A DNA stretch of 45,532 nucleotides from Chloroflexota bacterium (lineage in GTDB: Bacteria; Chloroflexota; Anaerolineae; Anaerolineales; UBA4823). The position numbers were made by a program, and so were the translations under genes. How positions within the stretch are numbered: position 1 is the first letter of the stretch; every line of letters starts with the position of its first letter. The notes beneath the pieces were generated by a model. The model did no database searches, was not told the origin of the DNA, and saw only the letters and a list, made by a program, of their open reading frames with translations. The stretch lies in contig JAUWPO010000002.1 in the NCBI GenBank assembly GCA_030611505.1, positions 1-45,532 of the forward strand, in the 5' to 3' direction. Below, piece after piece: positions 34,812 through 44,299 of this stretch.

Positions 34812-35164
34812 CATCGTCAGACGATACTACAAATCGGTATAATCTTACATGGGTTGCAGAGAGTTCTTACCCGGAATTGAGCGAAGCTGTACGTGAAAGT
34901 TTACGCCAGGTAGTTGATCCAGAGATTGGTCTCAATATTATTGAGCTTGGGCTCATTAGAGACCTACAAATTGAAGACGAGAGCGCTGAGATTAAGATGA
35001 TACTCACCACGCCATTCTGTCCATATGCCCCAGCAATGATGGAGATGACGCGCAAAAAAGCAGAGGAAGCACTAGAGCGACCTGTATCAGTTGAAATCGG
35101 TATGGAAATGTGGGATCCAACAATGATGGAAGAGGGAGCCGGGGCAGATTGGGGTTTGTTCTAA
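34808..35164 (+). CDS. DUF59 / SufT-like Fe-S assembly protein
   Basis: ATG 34808 overlaps the sufR stop (ATGA). Contains VVDPEIGLNIIELGLI and TTPFCPYAPAM motifs. Confidence 0.75.
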   Translation: MTSSDDTTNRYNLTWVAESSYPELSEAVRESLRQVVDPEIGLNIIELGLIRDLQIEDESAEIKMILTTPFCPYAPAMMEMTRKKAEEALERPVSVEIGMEMWDPTMMEEGAGADWGLF

Positions 35165-35181
35165 TCCGGATTTCTAAATTG

Positions 35182-35209
35182 ATATCCCTGCGTTTTGCAG
35201 GGATATTTT
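35182..35209 (+). terminator. Rho-independent terminator
   Basis: 10-bp stem ATATCCCTGC / GCAGGGATAT, 5-nt loop, then TTT. Confidence 0.6.
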
Positions 35210-35369
35210 GGTTAAAGAGCAGTTGGTTTATTGGCATATAATTTGCACGTTTAAGAAAAGAGCTTACATCCCAGGACCATATGCATCTGTATCTAATTAT
35301 CGATATCAATTAACCCCATACATTTCTTCACTTGCACTCAAATTACGTTTAAGGTAGCATGACATCAAA

Positions 35370-36179
35370 ATGGAAACCGATCACATCGAATCCTCCAACG
35401 AACCTTCTCACAATGAAGAGGAAAAAGCCCCTTCTAAAAAGGGGGCTATTTATCAATTACAGATTGTTTTTGTTGTCGCATTTGTATTGGCAACACTGTT
35501 CACAGCATGGACTCCTGGTGTGTCTGTTCCGAGCAATGATTGGGAGAACGTCAGCTTCGCCCCTGTACCAACACCCACTCTTGCCGATAATCCAACAAAA
35601 ACACCCAGAACCCGCCCATTAGTGGGAATTGTAGCCGGACATTGGGGCAATGATCCCGGTTCAGTGTGTAATGATGGATTGACTGAAGCAGAAGTTAACT
35701 TGAAAATTGCAACTCTCGTTCAAAAATATCTTTCTGAGCAGGGTTATGATGTCGATCTGCTTAAAGAATTTGACCTACGCTTGAACGGATATGAGGCAAC
35801 GGCTTTAGTATCAATCCACGCCGATTCATGCGATTATATAAATGACCTTGCAACTGGATTTAAAGTTGCTCAGGCTATGGGTAGTAAGCACCCGGAAAGG
35901 GTTGCGCGATTGACCGCCTGCTTGCGTAACAGATACAACCAAATAACTGGAATGCCTCTGCACAGTACCAGCGTTACGGGAGACATGACCAGCTATCACG
36001 CTTTTGGGGAAATAAATGCTAGTACAGCCGCAGTGATAATTGAAACGGGTTTCTTGAATCTAGACCGCCAGTTTTTAACTCAAACTCCAGAATTAGCTGC
36101 TCAGGGTATCGCAGATGGTATTGTGTGTTTCATCAACAACGAAAGCATAACCTCGCCTCTTGAACAACCAACTCCATGA
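35370..36179 (+). CDS. N-acetylmuramoyl-L-alanine amidase (Amidase_3-like) with an N-terminal TM anchor
   Basis: VGIVAGHWGNDPGSVC, AEVNLKIA and ALVSIHADS motifs. One TM segment. Confidence 0.75.
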   Translation: METDHIESSNEPSHNEEEKAPSKKGAIYQLQIVFVVAFVLATLFTAWTPGVSVPSNDWENVSFAPVPTPTLADNPTKTPRTRPLVGIVAGHWGNDPGSVCNDGLTEAEVNLKIATLVQKYLSEQGYDVDLLKEFDLRLNGYEATALVSIHADSCDYINDLATGFKVAQAMGSKHPERVARLTACLRNRYNQITGMPLHSTSVTGDMTSYHAFGEINASTAAVIIETGFLNLDRQFLTQTPELAAQGIADGIVCFINNESITSPLEQPTP

Positions 36180-37267
36180 CCAATCCCTCAGATCCAGTAA
36201 CAAATTCGATTGATCATGCTATCAAAGCGCTGAAGCATGGAGAGCGCCTGGAAGCAAGGCGCTTGGCGGGGAGAGCAGCCCAACTCGCTCCCGAAAGGGA
36301 AGAACCATGGCTTGTGTTGGCTGCAATAGCTCCACCTCGCGCCAGTATAGCCTATCTAAAACGAGCGTTGGAGATAAATCCCGAAAGCCAACATGCTCGT
36401 AAAGGCATGCATTGGGCTATTCAACGGCTGCGTGCCGAAAAACCTAAGCTTCCCCAACATCAGAACGAAGTTATTATTGTTCCATCAACTGCCGCCAAGC
36501 CTGTTAAACACCAAACATCAATTCTCTCTTGGTTGCTGCTAATCTTTATTATCGCTCTTGGCTCCTTCGTTTGGTTTGGTCTTCCCAACATTTCTTTCGC
36601 CATTCCCCAAAAAGAACCTCTAATGGTCGCACAAGTACACATCAAGAAAGCGACCCGCACGCCAACATCCACCTCAACTTTTACACCTACAACCACTTAC
36701 ACCTCAACTCCCACGTCGACACCCACGTTTACCCCTACATCTACGCCCACCTTTACCCCCACACCGACTGCGACAAACACACTCACACCGACTGCAACAA
36801 ACACACCCACAACAACACCTACGAATACTTCAACCCCAACAAATTCTCCGATTGAGGCTCAACAACCAACCAAAGAAGTAAGAACAGTCAAACGCCCAGA
36901 AGGTGTAGGAAAGAATGAGCACTGGATTGATGTGGTTTTATCACGTCAACGTTTGCTTGCTTATCAAGGAAACACGCTTGTCGAAAAATTTGTAGTCTCT
37001 ACAGGCACCTGGCAGTACCCAACTGTTACTGGAAAATTCAACGTTTACGTCAAGTATAAATATGCAAATATGACTGGACCTGGTTATTCCCTGCAAGATG
37101 TCCCCTACGTGATGTATTTCTATAAGGATTACGGGCTGCATGGGACATATTGGCACAACAACTTTGGCACACCCATGAGTCATGGCTGTGTGAATCTACA
37201 GACAAACGATGCAAAATGGTTGTACAACTTCGCATCCGTAGGCACCGTTGTAAGGGTGCGCCGTTAA
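36176..37267 (+). CDS. L,D-transpeptidase (YkuD domain) with a TPR-like N-terminus, a TM segment and a Thr/Pro linker
   Basis: Catalytic motif HGTYWHNNFGTPMSHGCVNL. The start overlaps the amidase stop (ATGA). Confidence 0.8.
   Translation: MTNPSDPVTNSIDHAIKALKHGERLEARRLAGRAAQLAPEREEPWLVLAAIAPPRASIAYLKRALEINPESQHARKGMHWAIQRLRAEKPKLPQHQNEVIIVPSTAAKPVKHQTSILSWLLLIFIIALGSFVWFGLPNISFAIPQKEPLMVAQVHIKKATRTPTSTSTFTPTTTYTSTPTSTPTFTPTSTPTFTPTPTATNTLTPTATNTPTTTPTNTSTPTNSPIEAQQPTKEVRTVKRPEGVGKNEHWIDVVLSRQRLLAYQGNTLVEKFVVSTGTWQYPTVTGKFNVYVKYKYANMTGPGYSLQDVPYVMYFYKDYGLHGTYWHNNFGTPMSHGCVNLQTNDAKWLYNFASVGTVVRVRR
36761..36808 (+). repeat. Tandem 24-bp duplication inside the Thr/Pro-rich linker
   Basis: ACACCGACTGCGACAAACACACTC followed by ACACCGACTGCAACAAACACACCC (22/24 identical), encoding TPTATNTL/TPTATNTP. 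Confidence 0.8.
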
Positions 37268-37354
37268 GTCCTCTCGCAGAATATTTATAAATTTCTAATT
37301 CTACCCTCAAGGTTTTTTGAATATAATCCTAGGTAAATAATTGGATGGTAAACA

Positions 37355-37774
37355 ATGACGTCACAAGCCGTCTTTGCTGGACTGATAATCGACGAATACG
37401 ACCAGGCTGTCGAAGTAGTTAATATTGGGGACGAACCTTGCTATGTGGTTAATGATGCTGGCTTCCGCCGGCATATCTCCTCAGAGCAAGTCGATCGCCA
37501 GGTTTTTGAGTCCATGGTAGAAATGATCGCAGGTCACGAAGAAATCATCAGCGAACAAGCCGCGAAAATGCTCGGGCAAGACGACATTTTCTCTATGGCT
37601 TTGATCGCATCTCAATTAAAGAATATTGACCAGCAATTCGACAATTTACTTCAACGCGGAATTCCCGAAGAAGCGCGCGCTTACATGGGTATGATGGGTT
37701 TCCGTATCAGAATTAATGTTCACGGCGAAGTCTTGGATATTGAACAACCAGGAGCAATCGATCCTGATAGCTAA
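37355..37774 (+). CDS. Hypothetical acidic protein
   Basis: 139-aa ORF with no motif recognised. Confidence 0.45.
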   Translation: MTSQAVFAGLIIDEYDQAVEVVNIGDEPCYVVNDAGFRRHISSEQVDRQVFESMVEMIAGHEEIISEQAAKMLGQDDIFSMALIASQLKNIDQQFDNLLQRGIPEEARAYMGMMGFRIRINVHGEVLDIEQPGAIDPDS

Positions 37775-37796
37775 GGAAAACAATGTATCCATGAAA

Positions 37797-38288
37797 CTAT
37801 CCCGCGTAGCTCCACCCTAAATCCGGTAAAGTTAATGAGTCTTTTGCATCCCCAGGTTTAATTCTGCCCGCTCCAACCACCTCCCCCACAATAATATTAT
37901 GGTCGCCACCAACATCATGGATGGCGGACACCTTGCATTCAAGATAAGCAGCCGCTCCTTCTAAGATCGGACAGCCGGTTATCGGACCTTCCGTAAACAT
38001 CGCATCCTTCATCTTATCAGGGCTCTTTGAATGACCTTTGATGAAAGGTTTTATAGCACCAACTTCCTTTTTGTTGAATACGTTTACGATGAAGACCTTA
38101 CCCAGGCTTATCAGCTTGTATGAATATGATGTTTTTTGAACTGCAATCGCCACTAACTGCGGCTCAAAGGATATTTGTGAAAACCAGTTTAAAACCATTG
38201 CATTGATTTCATCATCCATACGGCTTGTGATACTGTATAAGCCGTATGGTAACCTTCGCAGCACATCTTTTATGGGATCATCAGACAT
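37797..38288 (-). CDS. Flavin reductase-like FMN-binding split-barrel protein
   Basis: 163 aa with the pattern LPYGLYSITS....NAMVLNWFSQISFEPQLVAIAV typical of the flavin reductase domain. Confidence 0.7.
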   Translation of the reverse strand: MSDDPIKDVLRRLPYGLYSITSRMDDEINAMVLNWFSQISFEPQLVAIAVQKTSYSYKLISLGKVFIVNVFNKKEVGAIKPFIKGHSKSPDKMKDAMFTEGPITGCPILEGAAAYLECKVSAIHDVGGDHNIIVGEVVGAGRIKPGDAKDSLTLPDLGWSYAG

Positions 38289-38307
38289 GGTACCTAACCT
38301 CCATTAA

Positions 38308-39216
38308 TTATCGTTTGAAATCGTTTTTACTTAACTTATCCCTTCCCAGGACTGGATAGAAACAAATACCAGCCGTCCCCGGACCGGTATGAACGCCTAA
38401 AGCCGGTGATAATTCAGCAATCACTGTTTCAACACACTCCAGGCGCGCTTCAATTATCGCCTTAAGCTTATTAGCCTCTTCTAAAGCAGCCGCGTGGACA
38501 AAAGCAACATCAATTTTTCTATCTTTACCAACCGTCTTTTCTACTATTTCTGCCATCATTCTGTAAGCCTTTTTGCGGCTTCTTGCCTGTCCCAGCGGGA
38601 CGATAATCCCGTCTTCCATACCAATAAGTGGTTTAATATTTAATATAGAACCCAATAAATGTTTGGCTTTACCAATCCTGCCGCCCATATACAAATATTT
38701 TAGGGTATCTGCGGTTTGGACCATGTGTGTGATCGGAATCATACTTCTCACACGTTGGATGATGTCATCAAGAGACCAATTTGCAAGGGCAGCTTTGGCA
38801 GCTTCAATGACCATCCATCCCTGACACATCGATACGTTTAAGGTATCAATCACTTCAACCCTGACGTTGGGAATATTTTCTAGAAACATCGATTTTGCAA
38901 CTGTCGCCGATCCATAAGCCCCGCTGCCCTTCGAGGTCATGTGAATGCTGATGATTCCATCTGCCCCCTCTTCCTCGACTAATTTCGTGTACATTGTCAG
39001 GTAATCACCCGGACCCGGGTTAGATGTTGTGGGAAGCTTTTTTGCAGTCGTCAGCCATTGGAAGAATGTCTCCCGTTGTACTGTGACGAGGTCAAGAAAG
39101 ACTTCCTCGCCGCAATGTATGTAATAGGGTACCAGATGGATGTTTAATTCCTTGATAATTCTCTCCGGTATGCTAGCAGTACTATCTGTAACAACGGCGA
39201 TACGCGACATTATCAA
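38308..39216 (-). CDS. DegV family fatty-acid-binding protein
   Basis: 302 aa. IAVVTDSTASIP start, TSNPGPGDY and SKGSGAY motifs. Confidence 0.8.
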   Translation of the reverse strand: MIMSRIAVVTDSTASIPERIIKELNIHLVPYYIHCGEEVFLDLVTVQRETFFQWLTTAKKLPTTSNPGPGDYLTMYTKLVEEEGADGIISIHMTSKGSGAYGSATVAKSMFLENIPNVRVEVIDTLNVSMCQGWMVIEAAKAALANWSLDDIIQRVRSMIPITHMVQTADTLKYLYMGGRIGKAKHLLGSILNIKPLIGMEDGIIVPLGQARSRKKAYRMMAEIVEKTVGKDRKIDVAFVHAAALEEANKLKAIIEARLECVETVIAELSPALGVHTGPGTAGICFYPVLGRDKLSKNDFKR

Positions 39217-39373
39217 CTCCGTTCCTATCTCTTACGCGAATTTCTTTTTTTTACCGCACCATGACTTAGTTTACCATTTATAATGTTCAATTATGTCATA
39301 ACCGTGACAAAATCCGTCAAAGAACGAAAAATGTTTTCGTCCTTTCATATTAGAAATTCAAGGATCAACCATC

Positions 39374-40525
39374 ATGACTACTGATATTGACCCGAAAGCA
39401 AGGGAACAAATGATCGCTGGTCTATTGAATCCTTGGCATGAAGCTGTCGATAATCCCGAAAAGGCACAGACTGAAGTATTACACCGCCTGCTAAGAGATT
39501 ATGGGCAAACAAGATATGGAAACCGGCACGGCGCGGACCAAATTAATACTCTAAATGATTACCGGCGGGCATTTCCCATTGCCACTTATGATGTTTTCAA
39601 ACCAATTATCGAGAAGGTTATGGCGGGCGATATCTCCGAATTGCTTTGCGAGCAGCCTGTCGGCTGGGCGATCACTCGGGGAACAACAAAAGGCGAATCC
39701 AAATTCATTCCTATGACTCCCACTGACTTACGCATCAGGATAAGCGCTGGTCGAGCTATGATGAACTACGTTGCAAAAACTGGTCGATACGAATTATTTA
39801 TCGGCGTTAACCTTAATTTAAATTTTCCGTCTAAGGTGGGAAAAGTAAAAGTAGGAAGTCGGGAACTCGAATATGGCTACAGCTCCGGCATTTATACCAA
39901 ATACGTATCAACATTTACTCCAATTCGGTCTGTCCCTGCCCAAGAAGAAATTGATGCATTAGGAGGAGGGAAATCAATCGAGGATTGGGAAAAACGCTTT
40001 GAGTTGGCTTACGAGAAATGCAAAGATGAAAATGTTACGCTGGTTGGTGGTGTATGTCCGACAGCGCTGCGCTTCGCCCGCTTTCTACGAAAAAACCATA
40101 AAGTCTATCCGAAAGACTTATGGAAAACGCAAATCATGACACTGGGAAGTGTGCCAGGTATCAATACTCGCTATCAACCTTCGCTTAATGCTTTATTCGG
40201 TCAAGCGCCAATCCGAGAAATCTACGGCACAACGGAGGGATTGTTTGGACAACAGTGCGATGAAAAAAGGGCATGGGTCCCTAATTACGATTTATTCTTC
40301 TTCGAAGTCGAAACCCGTTCGGGCATCAAGATGCTGCACGAGATGCGCCCTGGTGAAATTGGCTCCCTGATCGTATCCACTCCAATATTGCCGCGCTACA
40401 TGATTGGCGATTTAATCCGGTCATTTCAACAGCCATATTTTCGTTGTATTGGGCGAGAAGAATGGTGGACGCCGTTACGCTATGCCTGGGATGAGCTTTC
40501 AAGCTTTAATCTGGATCGTTTATGA
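39374..40525 (+). CDS. GH3-like (ANL-superfamily) adenylate-forming enzyme, short form
   Basis: The N-terminal pattern Q..VL.RLL......T.YG......I....DYRRAFPIATYDVFKPIIEKV and TRGTTKGESKFIPMT resemble GH3 family motifs. At 383 aa it is shorter than the GH3 proteins I recall. Confidence 0.5.
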   Translation: MTTDIDPKAREQMIAGLLNPWHEAVDNPEKAQTEVLHRLLRDYGQTRYGNRHGADQINTLNDYRRAFPIATYDVFKPIIEKVMAGDISELLCEQPVGWAITRGTTKGESKFIPMTPTDLRIRISAGRAMMNYVAKTGRYELFIGVNLNLNFPSKVGKVKVGSRELEYGYSSGIYTKYVSTFTPIRSVPAQEEIDALGGGKSIEDWEKRFELAYEKCKDENVTLVGGVCPTALRFARFLRKNHKVYPKDLWKTQIMTLGSVPGINTRYQPSLNALFGQAPIREIYGTTEGLFGQQCDEKRAWVPNYDLFFFEVETRSGIKMLHEMRPGEIGSLIVSTPILPRYMIGDLIRSFQQPYFRCIGREEWWTPLRYAWDELSSFNLDRL

Positions 40526-40539
40526 GGCGAGCGCTATTC

Positions 40540-40974
40540 TCACTTGCGACCCAGTCCTCTAAACAATATTGACAACCCAATCGCAATCAGAATTAATGGC
40601 CAGATAATATTCCAACTAAACCCGATCAGACTGTTTAATCCAACTGCAATCAGGATAAAGGCAAAAATTATAGTGCCGGTCACTGGGCGCCGGTATTCGG
40701 GTATCAACAAACGGATAAGCACTTCGAAAAGCATTAGAACACCTGCCCCACTAAGAATGACCGGCCAAGCGCTGATGGCGTTATCGATTTGCTCTATGCC
40801 AGTGATAGTAACTGCGCGGCTTATCAGCTGGTTTAAATATCCCAGATTGCTAGCCAGGAGTACTAATCCGGCCTAAATAAAAATCAATGCCCATATGATC
40901 GCGCTGAGTGGATCACGATGCCACTTCTCTTCGCTTTTCTCTCTTTCTTTTTCGTCAAATTTTTCATCCGCCAT
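40540..40974 (-). pseudogene. Multi-TM membrane-protein gene interrupted by a single in-frame TAG
   Basis: GGGAGG RBS then ATG 40974. MADEKFDEKEREKSEEKWHRDPLSAIIWALIFI, then TAG (40875-40873), then the same frame continues AGLVLLASNLGYL... to the stop at 40540. Confidence 0.6.
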
Positions 40975-41052
40975 TTTTTCCTCCCAACGCAAAATCCAAG
41001 CTACCAATTAGTACTACATACCATACCATTCCATGCAAACAGTATTAATTTA

Positions 41053-43410
41053 TTATAAACTATAAATCAGCGTGTCAGGATCCGCCTTAATGAAAAATGC
41101 CCGAAATGCGGCGGTTTCTTCAAGAAGCGTCTTCAGTTGGTCCGTGATCATGCTAGTCTCCGTTGAAACCCTGCGGTGATCATTTGAAAAAATAATTTCA
41201 TCACCACCAGACGAATATCTACCGATATACCCTTGAACTGAAAGCCAATCAATACCCTTCCTAACAGTGATTTCCTTATGAGCCATTGCCGCGGTTAATT
41301 CTGTTAAATTCACAATTCTGTGTTTATTTTTTAAGCTAAATTTTACTAAACCAATCAATCGTTTTAGAAATCTATCTAATCGATCAGTTAAAGGGCTTAC
41401 CCCAATAAGTATTACTTTTGTTGGCTTTACTTTTTCCAGCACGTAATCTAATTCCGCCCTCCCCGGTGGGGTTGTCCAGATCACTAACACATCGCAAGAG
41501 GTCAACCCAAATCGATCATGTATCTGGTGAACAAATTCGTCAGGTAGATCCTCATCTTTGAGCCGATCTAAGGCATCCCCTTCTGCCCAGATTTGGGTTT
41601 CTCCCACGACCAATTCTCTTTGTATCAATGAAACCGGAGATAACTCCTCCCGGTAGTCAATCACCTCAATTTTCCCCTCTTCTGCCCGAGCCACCTCATA
41701 ATCGTCATGAATTCGGTAATCGACCAACTCTATCTGAATATCGCGCCTCCCGCGATACGTGCTGAAGCGGACTGAATAAGCAAGATCGAATATCCCATCT
41801 ACCATGTGTGATTGCCGGTATTTTTCCGAGCCGTTCCACCACACCACCGTATGTTCTGCTCTGTTCTCATCCTCAAGAGTTAAAATTATATGCTCATCCC
41901 CTCGCCCGACCTCGCTATGATTCTTCACTTTCATATTTTCACTTACAAAAACAAGCGCCGGATTCCCTGCCCCAAACGGTGCCAGCCTTTCCAAATCAGC
42001 TACAAATTCAATCGTCAACTCGGATAACTTGACATACCCATCGATCGAAAGACCAGGCTCAGGCAGTTCGCCAAGCTCTCCAATCGTTTCAGATAAAGCG
42101 CGTCTGAATTCATGCACCCTCTCAGGTTCTATCGTCATACCAGCCGCCATAGGATGACCACCGTAGCTTGCCAATATCTCCTCGTTAGCGGATATAGCAG
42201 CAGAAATATCCACCCCCTCGATAGATCGTGCCGAACCGCGTCCTAGCTCCCCCGCAGGTGCTGATATAAGGATAACCGGCTTATTGTATAACTCAACCAA
42301 CCGGCTGGCGACGATTCCAATAACACCCGCTGGCCAGGTTGGATAAGAAATTACGATTGCTTTGTAATCCAGCAGGTTTGGTTCTTTTTCAATCTGTGCG
42401 AGTGCCCCTCGCAGCACCTGGTCGGTCAGTAATTTCCTCCGGACATTCAAGCCTTCCAACTGAAGAGCTAGCACTCTAGCCCTGGCAGCACTTCCCGTCG
42501 TGAGCAGCTCTACACCAGCTTCTGCATCTCCGAGACGACCGACCGCATTTAATCGTGGTCCTAAAATAAACCCAATATGTTCTTCCGTTAGATACTTGGG
42601 GGCGAGTTCAACCAGTTCCATCATCTGAATTAAACCAAGCCGCTCTGGACTTCTCAATCGTTCTAAGCCGCACTGCAGTAAATAGCGAGTATCACCAGTT
42701 TGTGTGGCTACATCCGATACGATGCCCAAAGCAACGAGATCAAGGTACTGATCGTTTTCATCGATACTCCCCGCTCGGCGATAGAGTTCCTCAACAAGCT
42801 TATAAGCCACTCCCACCCCGGGTAATGTTGAAAGAACGTGTCCATCCGGCAGCATTTTGGGATTTACAATCGCATAAGCCGGCGGCAGCAAATCCGGCAG
42901 GTCATGATGGTCTGTGACGATCACATCAACCCCGCGCTTCTGAGCATATCGGATTTCATCCCTTGATGAAATCCCCGTATCACACGTTATCAGCAATTGG
43001 ACATTAGGAGAATCACCGGGTCCAAGTATTTCATTTAACACAGGTATATTAACACCGTGTGATTCCACTTCTCGGACCGGAACGTGATGAATAACATCTA
43101 ACCCAAAATCACGAAGCGCTGAAGTGAGCAATGCGGTGGACGTCTGACCATCAACATCAAAGTCACCCCATACAAATACAGTTTCGGCGCGTTGTTTTGC
43201 CAAGACTAGGCGGTCGACTGCTTTCTCCAAATCTGGCAGTTCCAGAGACGAGGCTGGTGTGTAGAAGTGGGGGTCCAAAAAAGCCTTCGCAGCAGCAGGA
43301 TCAAGGATACCTCGTCGAACTAAGGTATATGCTATGATCGGATGACCACCAACAACTGACTTCAGATCTTCCGGTACATCCACTTCTTGAGGTTCAATCC
43401 AATCCCTCAT
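41053..43410 (-). CDS. recJ: Single-stranded-DNA-specific exonuclease RecJ (long form with a C-terminal extension)
   Basis: 785 aa. DHH-family motifs (VWGDFDVDGQTS, ITCDTG, VTDHHD) and a DHHA1 GGHPMAAG motif. Confidence 0.9.
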   Translation of the reverse strand: MRDWIEPQEVDVPEDLKSVVGGHPIIAYTLVRRGILDPAAAKAFLDPHFYTPASSLELPDLEKAVDRLVLAKQRAETVFVWGDFDVDGQTSTALLTSALRDFGLDVIHHVPVREVESHGVNIPVLNEILGPGDSPNVQLLITCDTGISSRDEIRYAQKRGVDVIVTDHHDLPDLLPPAYAIVNPKMLPDGHVLSTLPGVGVAYKLVEELYRRAGSIDENDQYLDLVALGIVSDVATQTGDTRYLLQCGLERLRSPERLGLIQMMELVELAPKYLTEEHIGFILGPRLNAVGRLGDAEAGVELLTTGSAARARVLALQLEGLNVRRKLLTDQVLRGALAQIEKEPNLLDYKAIVISYPTWPAGVIGIVASRLVELYNKPVILISAPAGELGRGSARSIEGVDISAAISANEEILASYGGHPMAAGMTIEPERVHEFRRALSETIGELGELPEPGLSIDGYVKLSELTIEFVADLERLAPFGAGNPALVFVSENMKVKNHSEVGRGDEHIILTLEDENRAEHTVVWWNGSEKYRQSHMVDGIFDLAYSVRFSTYRGRRDIQIELVDYRIHDDYEVARAEEGKIEVIDYREELSPVSLIQRELVVGETQIWAEGDALDRLKDEDLPDEFVHQIHDRFGLTSCDVLVIWTTPPGRAELDYVLEKVKPTKVILIGVSPLTDRLDRFLKRLIGLVKFSLKNKHRIVNLTELTAAMAHKEITVRKGIDWLSVQGYIGRYSSGGDEIIFSNDHRRVSTETSMITDQLKTLLEETAAFRAFFIKADPDTLIYSL

Positions 43411-43450
43411 TATTAATTTCCACTATAAAGGTTTTCTTCTTTCTATCCAA

Positions 43451-44287
43451 CTAAAATTCAATCTCGTCAATTTGATCAAAATCAATTCCCACATCACTGG
43501 TGGATTCTGGATCGAATATATCCTCAATATCATCCAATGCACCTGCTTTTACGCCCCGATCGCATAGTGAGCGATACACACAAAACCTGCATCGTGCTGT
43601 ATCTGGAGTGAGAGTAAAACCTGCTTCAGTTAGATTGGTTATCTCTCTAACAAGTTTTGTAAGGAAGGCATGATCGGCATTGAATTGTTTACCGTCATAA
43701 CAAAATTTCTCCGGTTGTCCTGGGAAACCTGGAAACCAGTACACCATTTGGACCATTTCAGGCTCGATTGATTTTCCTTGGTTGAAAGCAATCCCTGACC
43801 TCACAAGCAGATAGGGATATACACGTGTTTGCAAACGTTCAGCCAACCACTTCCGCGTGGGTCGTTTCCGGGATGTTTTCCAGTCAAAAAGAATCCAGTG
43901 ACCACCGGTTTTTGCCTGGAGCAAATCAAGCTTAGCGACCATGCGAGTCTCTTCAATAGGTGCAGAGATTTTTAATTCAGGATATCTGGATTCATCCTCT
44001 TCCAGCATCGAACCTGCATAATCAAGATAACCTTCCCACCAACTTCTAAGTTCCTCGTCATGGATGAGCCCATGTAACTGTACTTCGGGAATCCCAAGCA
44101 AGTGCTGGTGTACCAGATGGTGGAATTCAGCGCCTAATTGGATGATACGCTCATTTTCGAGCACTGGTTCGGTCTCTATTGCAGGCCACGTTATGCACAT
44201 AATATAACGAAGCAGGAAGCGTCGTTTGCAATCCACGTAGTCCTGAAGACTTTTCTGGCTGAATTGGAATTCGGCAGGTAAATCCAT
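43451..44287 (-). CDS. PD-(D/E)XK nuclease with a Cas4/AddB-type 4-Cys cluster
   Basis: 278 aa. N-terminal Cys (YVDCKRRF), GAEFHHLV, AKLDLL, ILFDWKT, QTRVYPYLL and C-terminal CRFCVYRSLC. Confidence 0.75.
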   Translation of the reverse strand: MDLPAEFQFSQKSLQDYVDCKRRFLLRYIMCITWPAIETEPVLENERIIQLGAEFHHLVHQHLLGIPEVQLHGLIHDEELRSWWEGYLDYAGSMLEEDESRYPELKISAPIEETRMVAKLDLLQAKTGGHWILFDWKTSRKRPTRKWLAERLQTRVYPYLLVRSGIAFNQGKSIEPEMVQMVYWFPGFPGQPEKFCYDGKQFNADHAFLTKLVREITNLTEAGFTLTPDTARCRFCVYRSLCDRGVKAGALDDIEDIFDPESTSDVGIDFDQIDEIEF

Positions 44288-44299
44288 GTGATCTGAACC

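Noticed and set aside
40873-40875. The in-frame TAG, considered as a pyrrolysine codon.
   Set aside because: No pyl genes or other in-frame TAGs were seen in the window, and the position is inside a TM helix. A nonsense mutation or sequencing error is more parsimonious, and it is reported as such.
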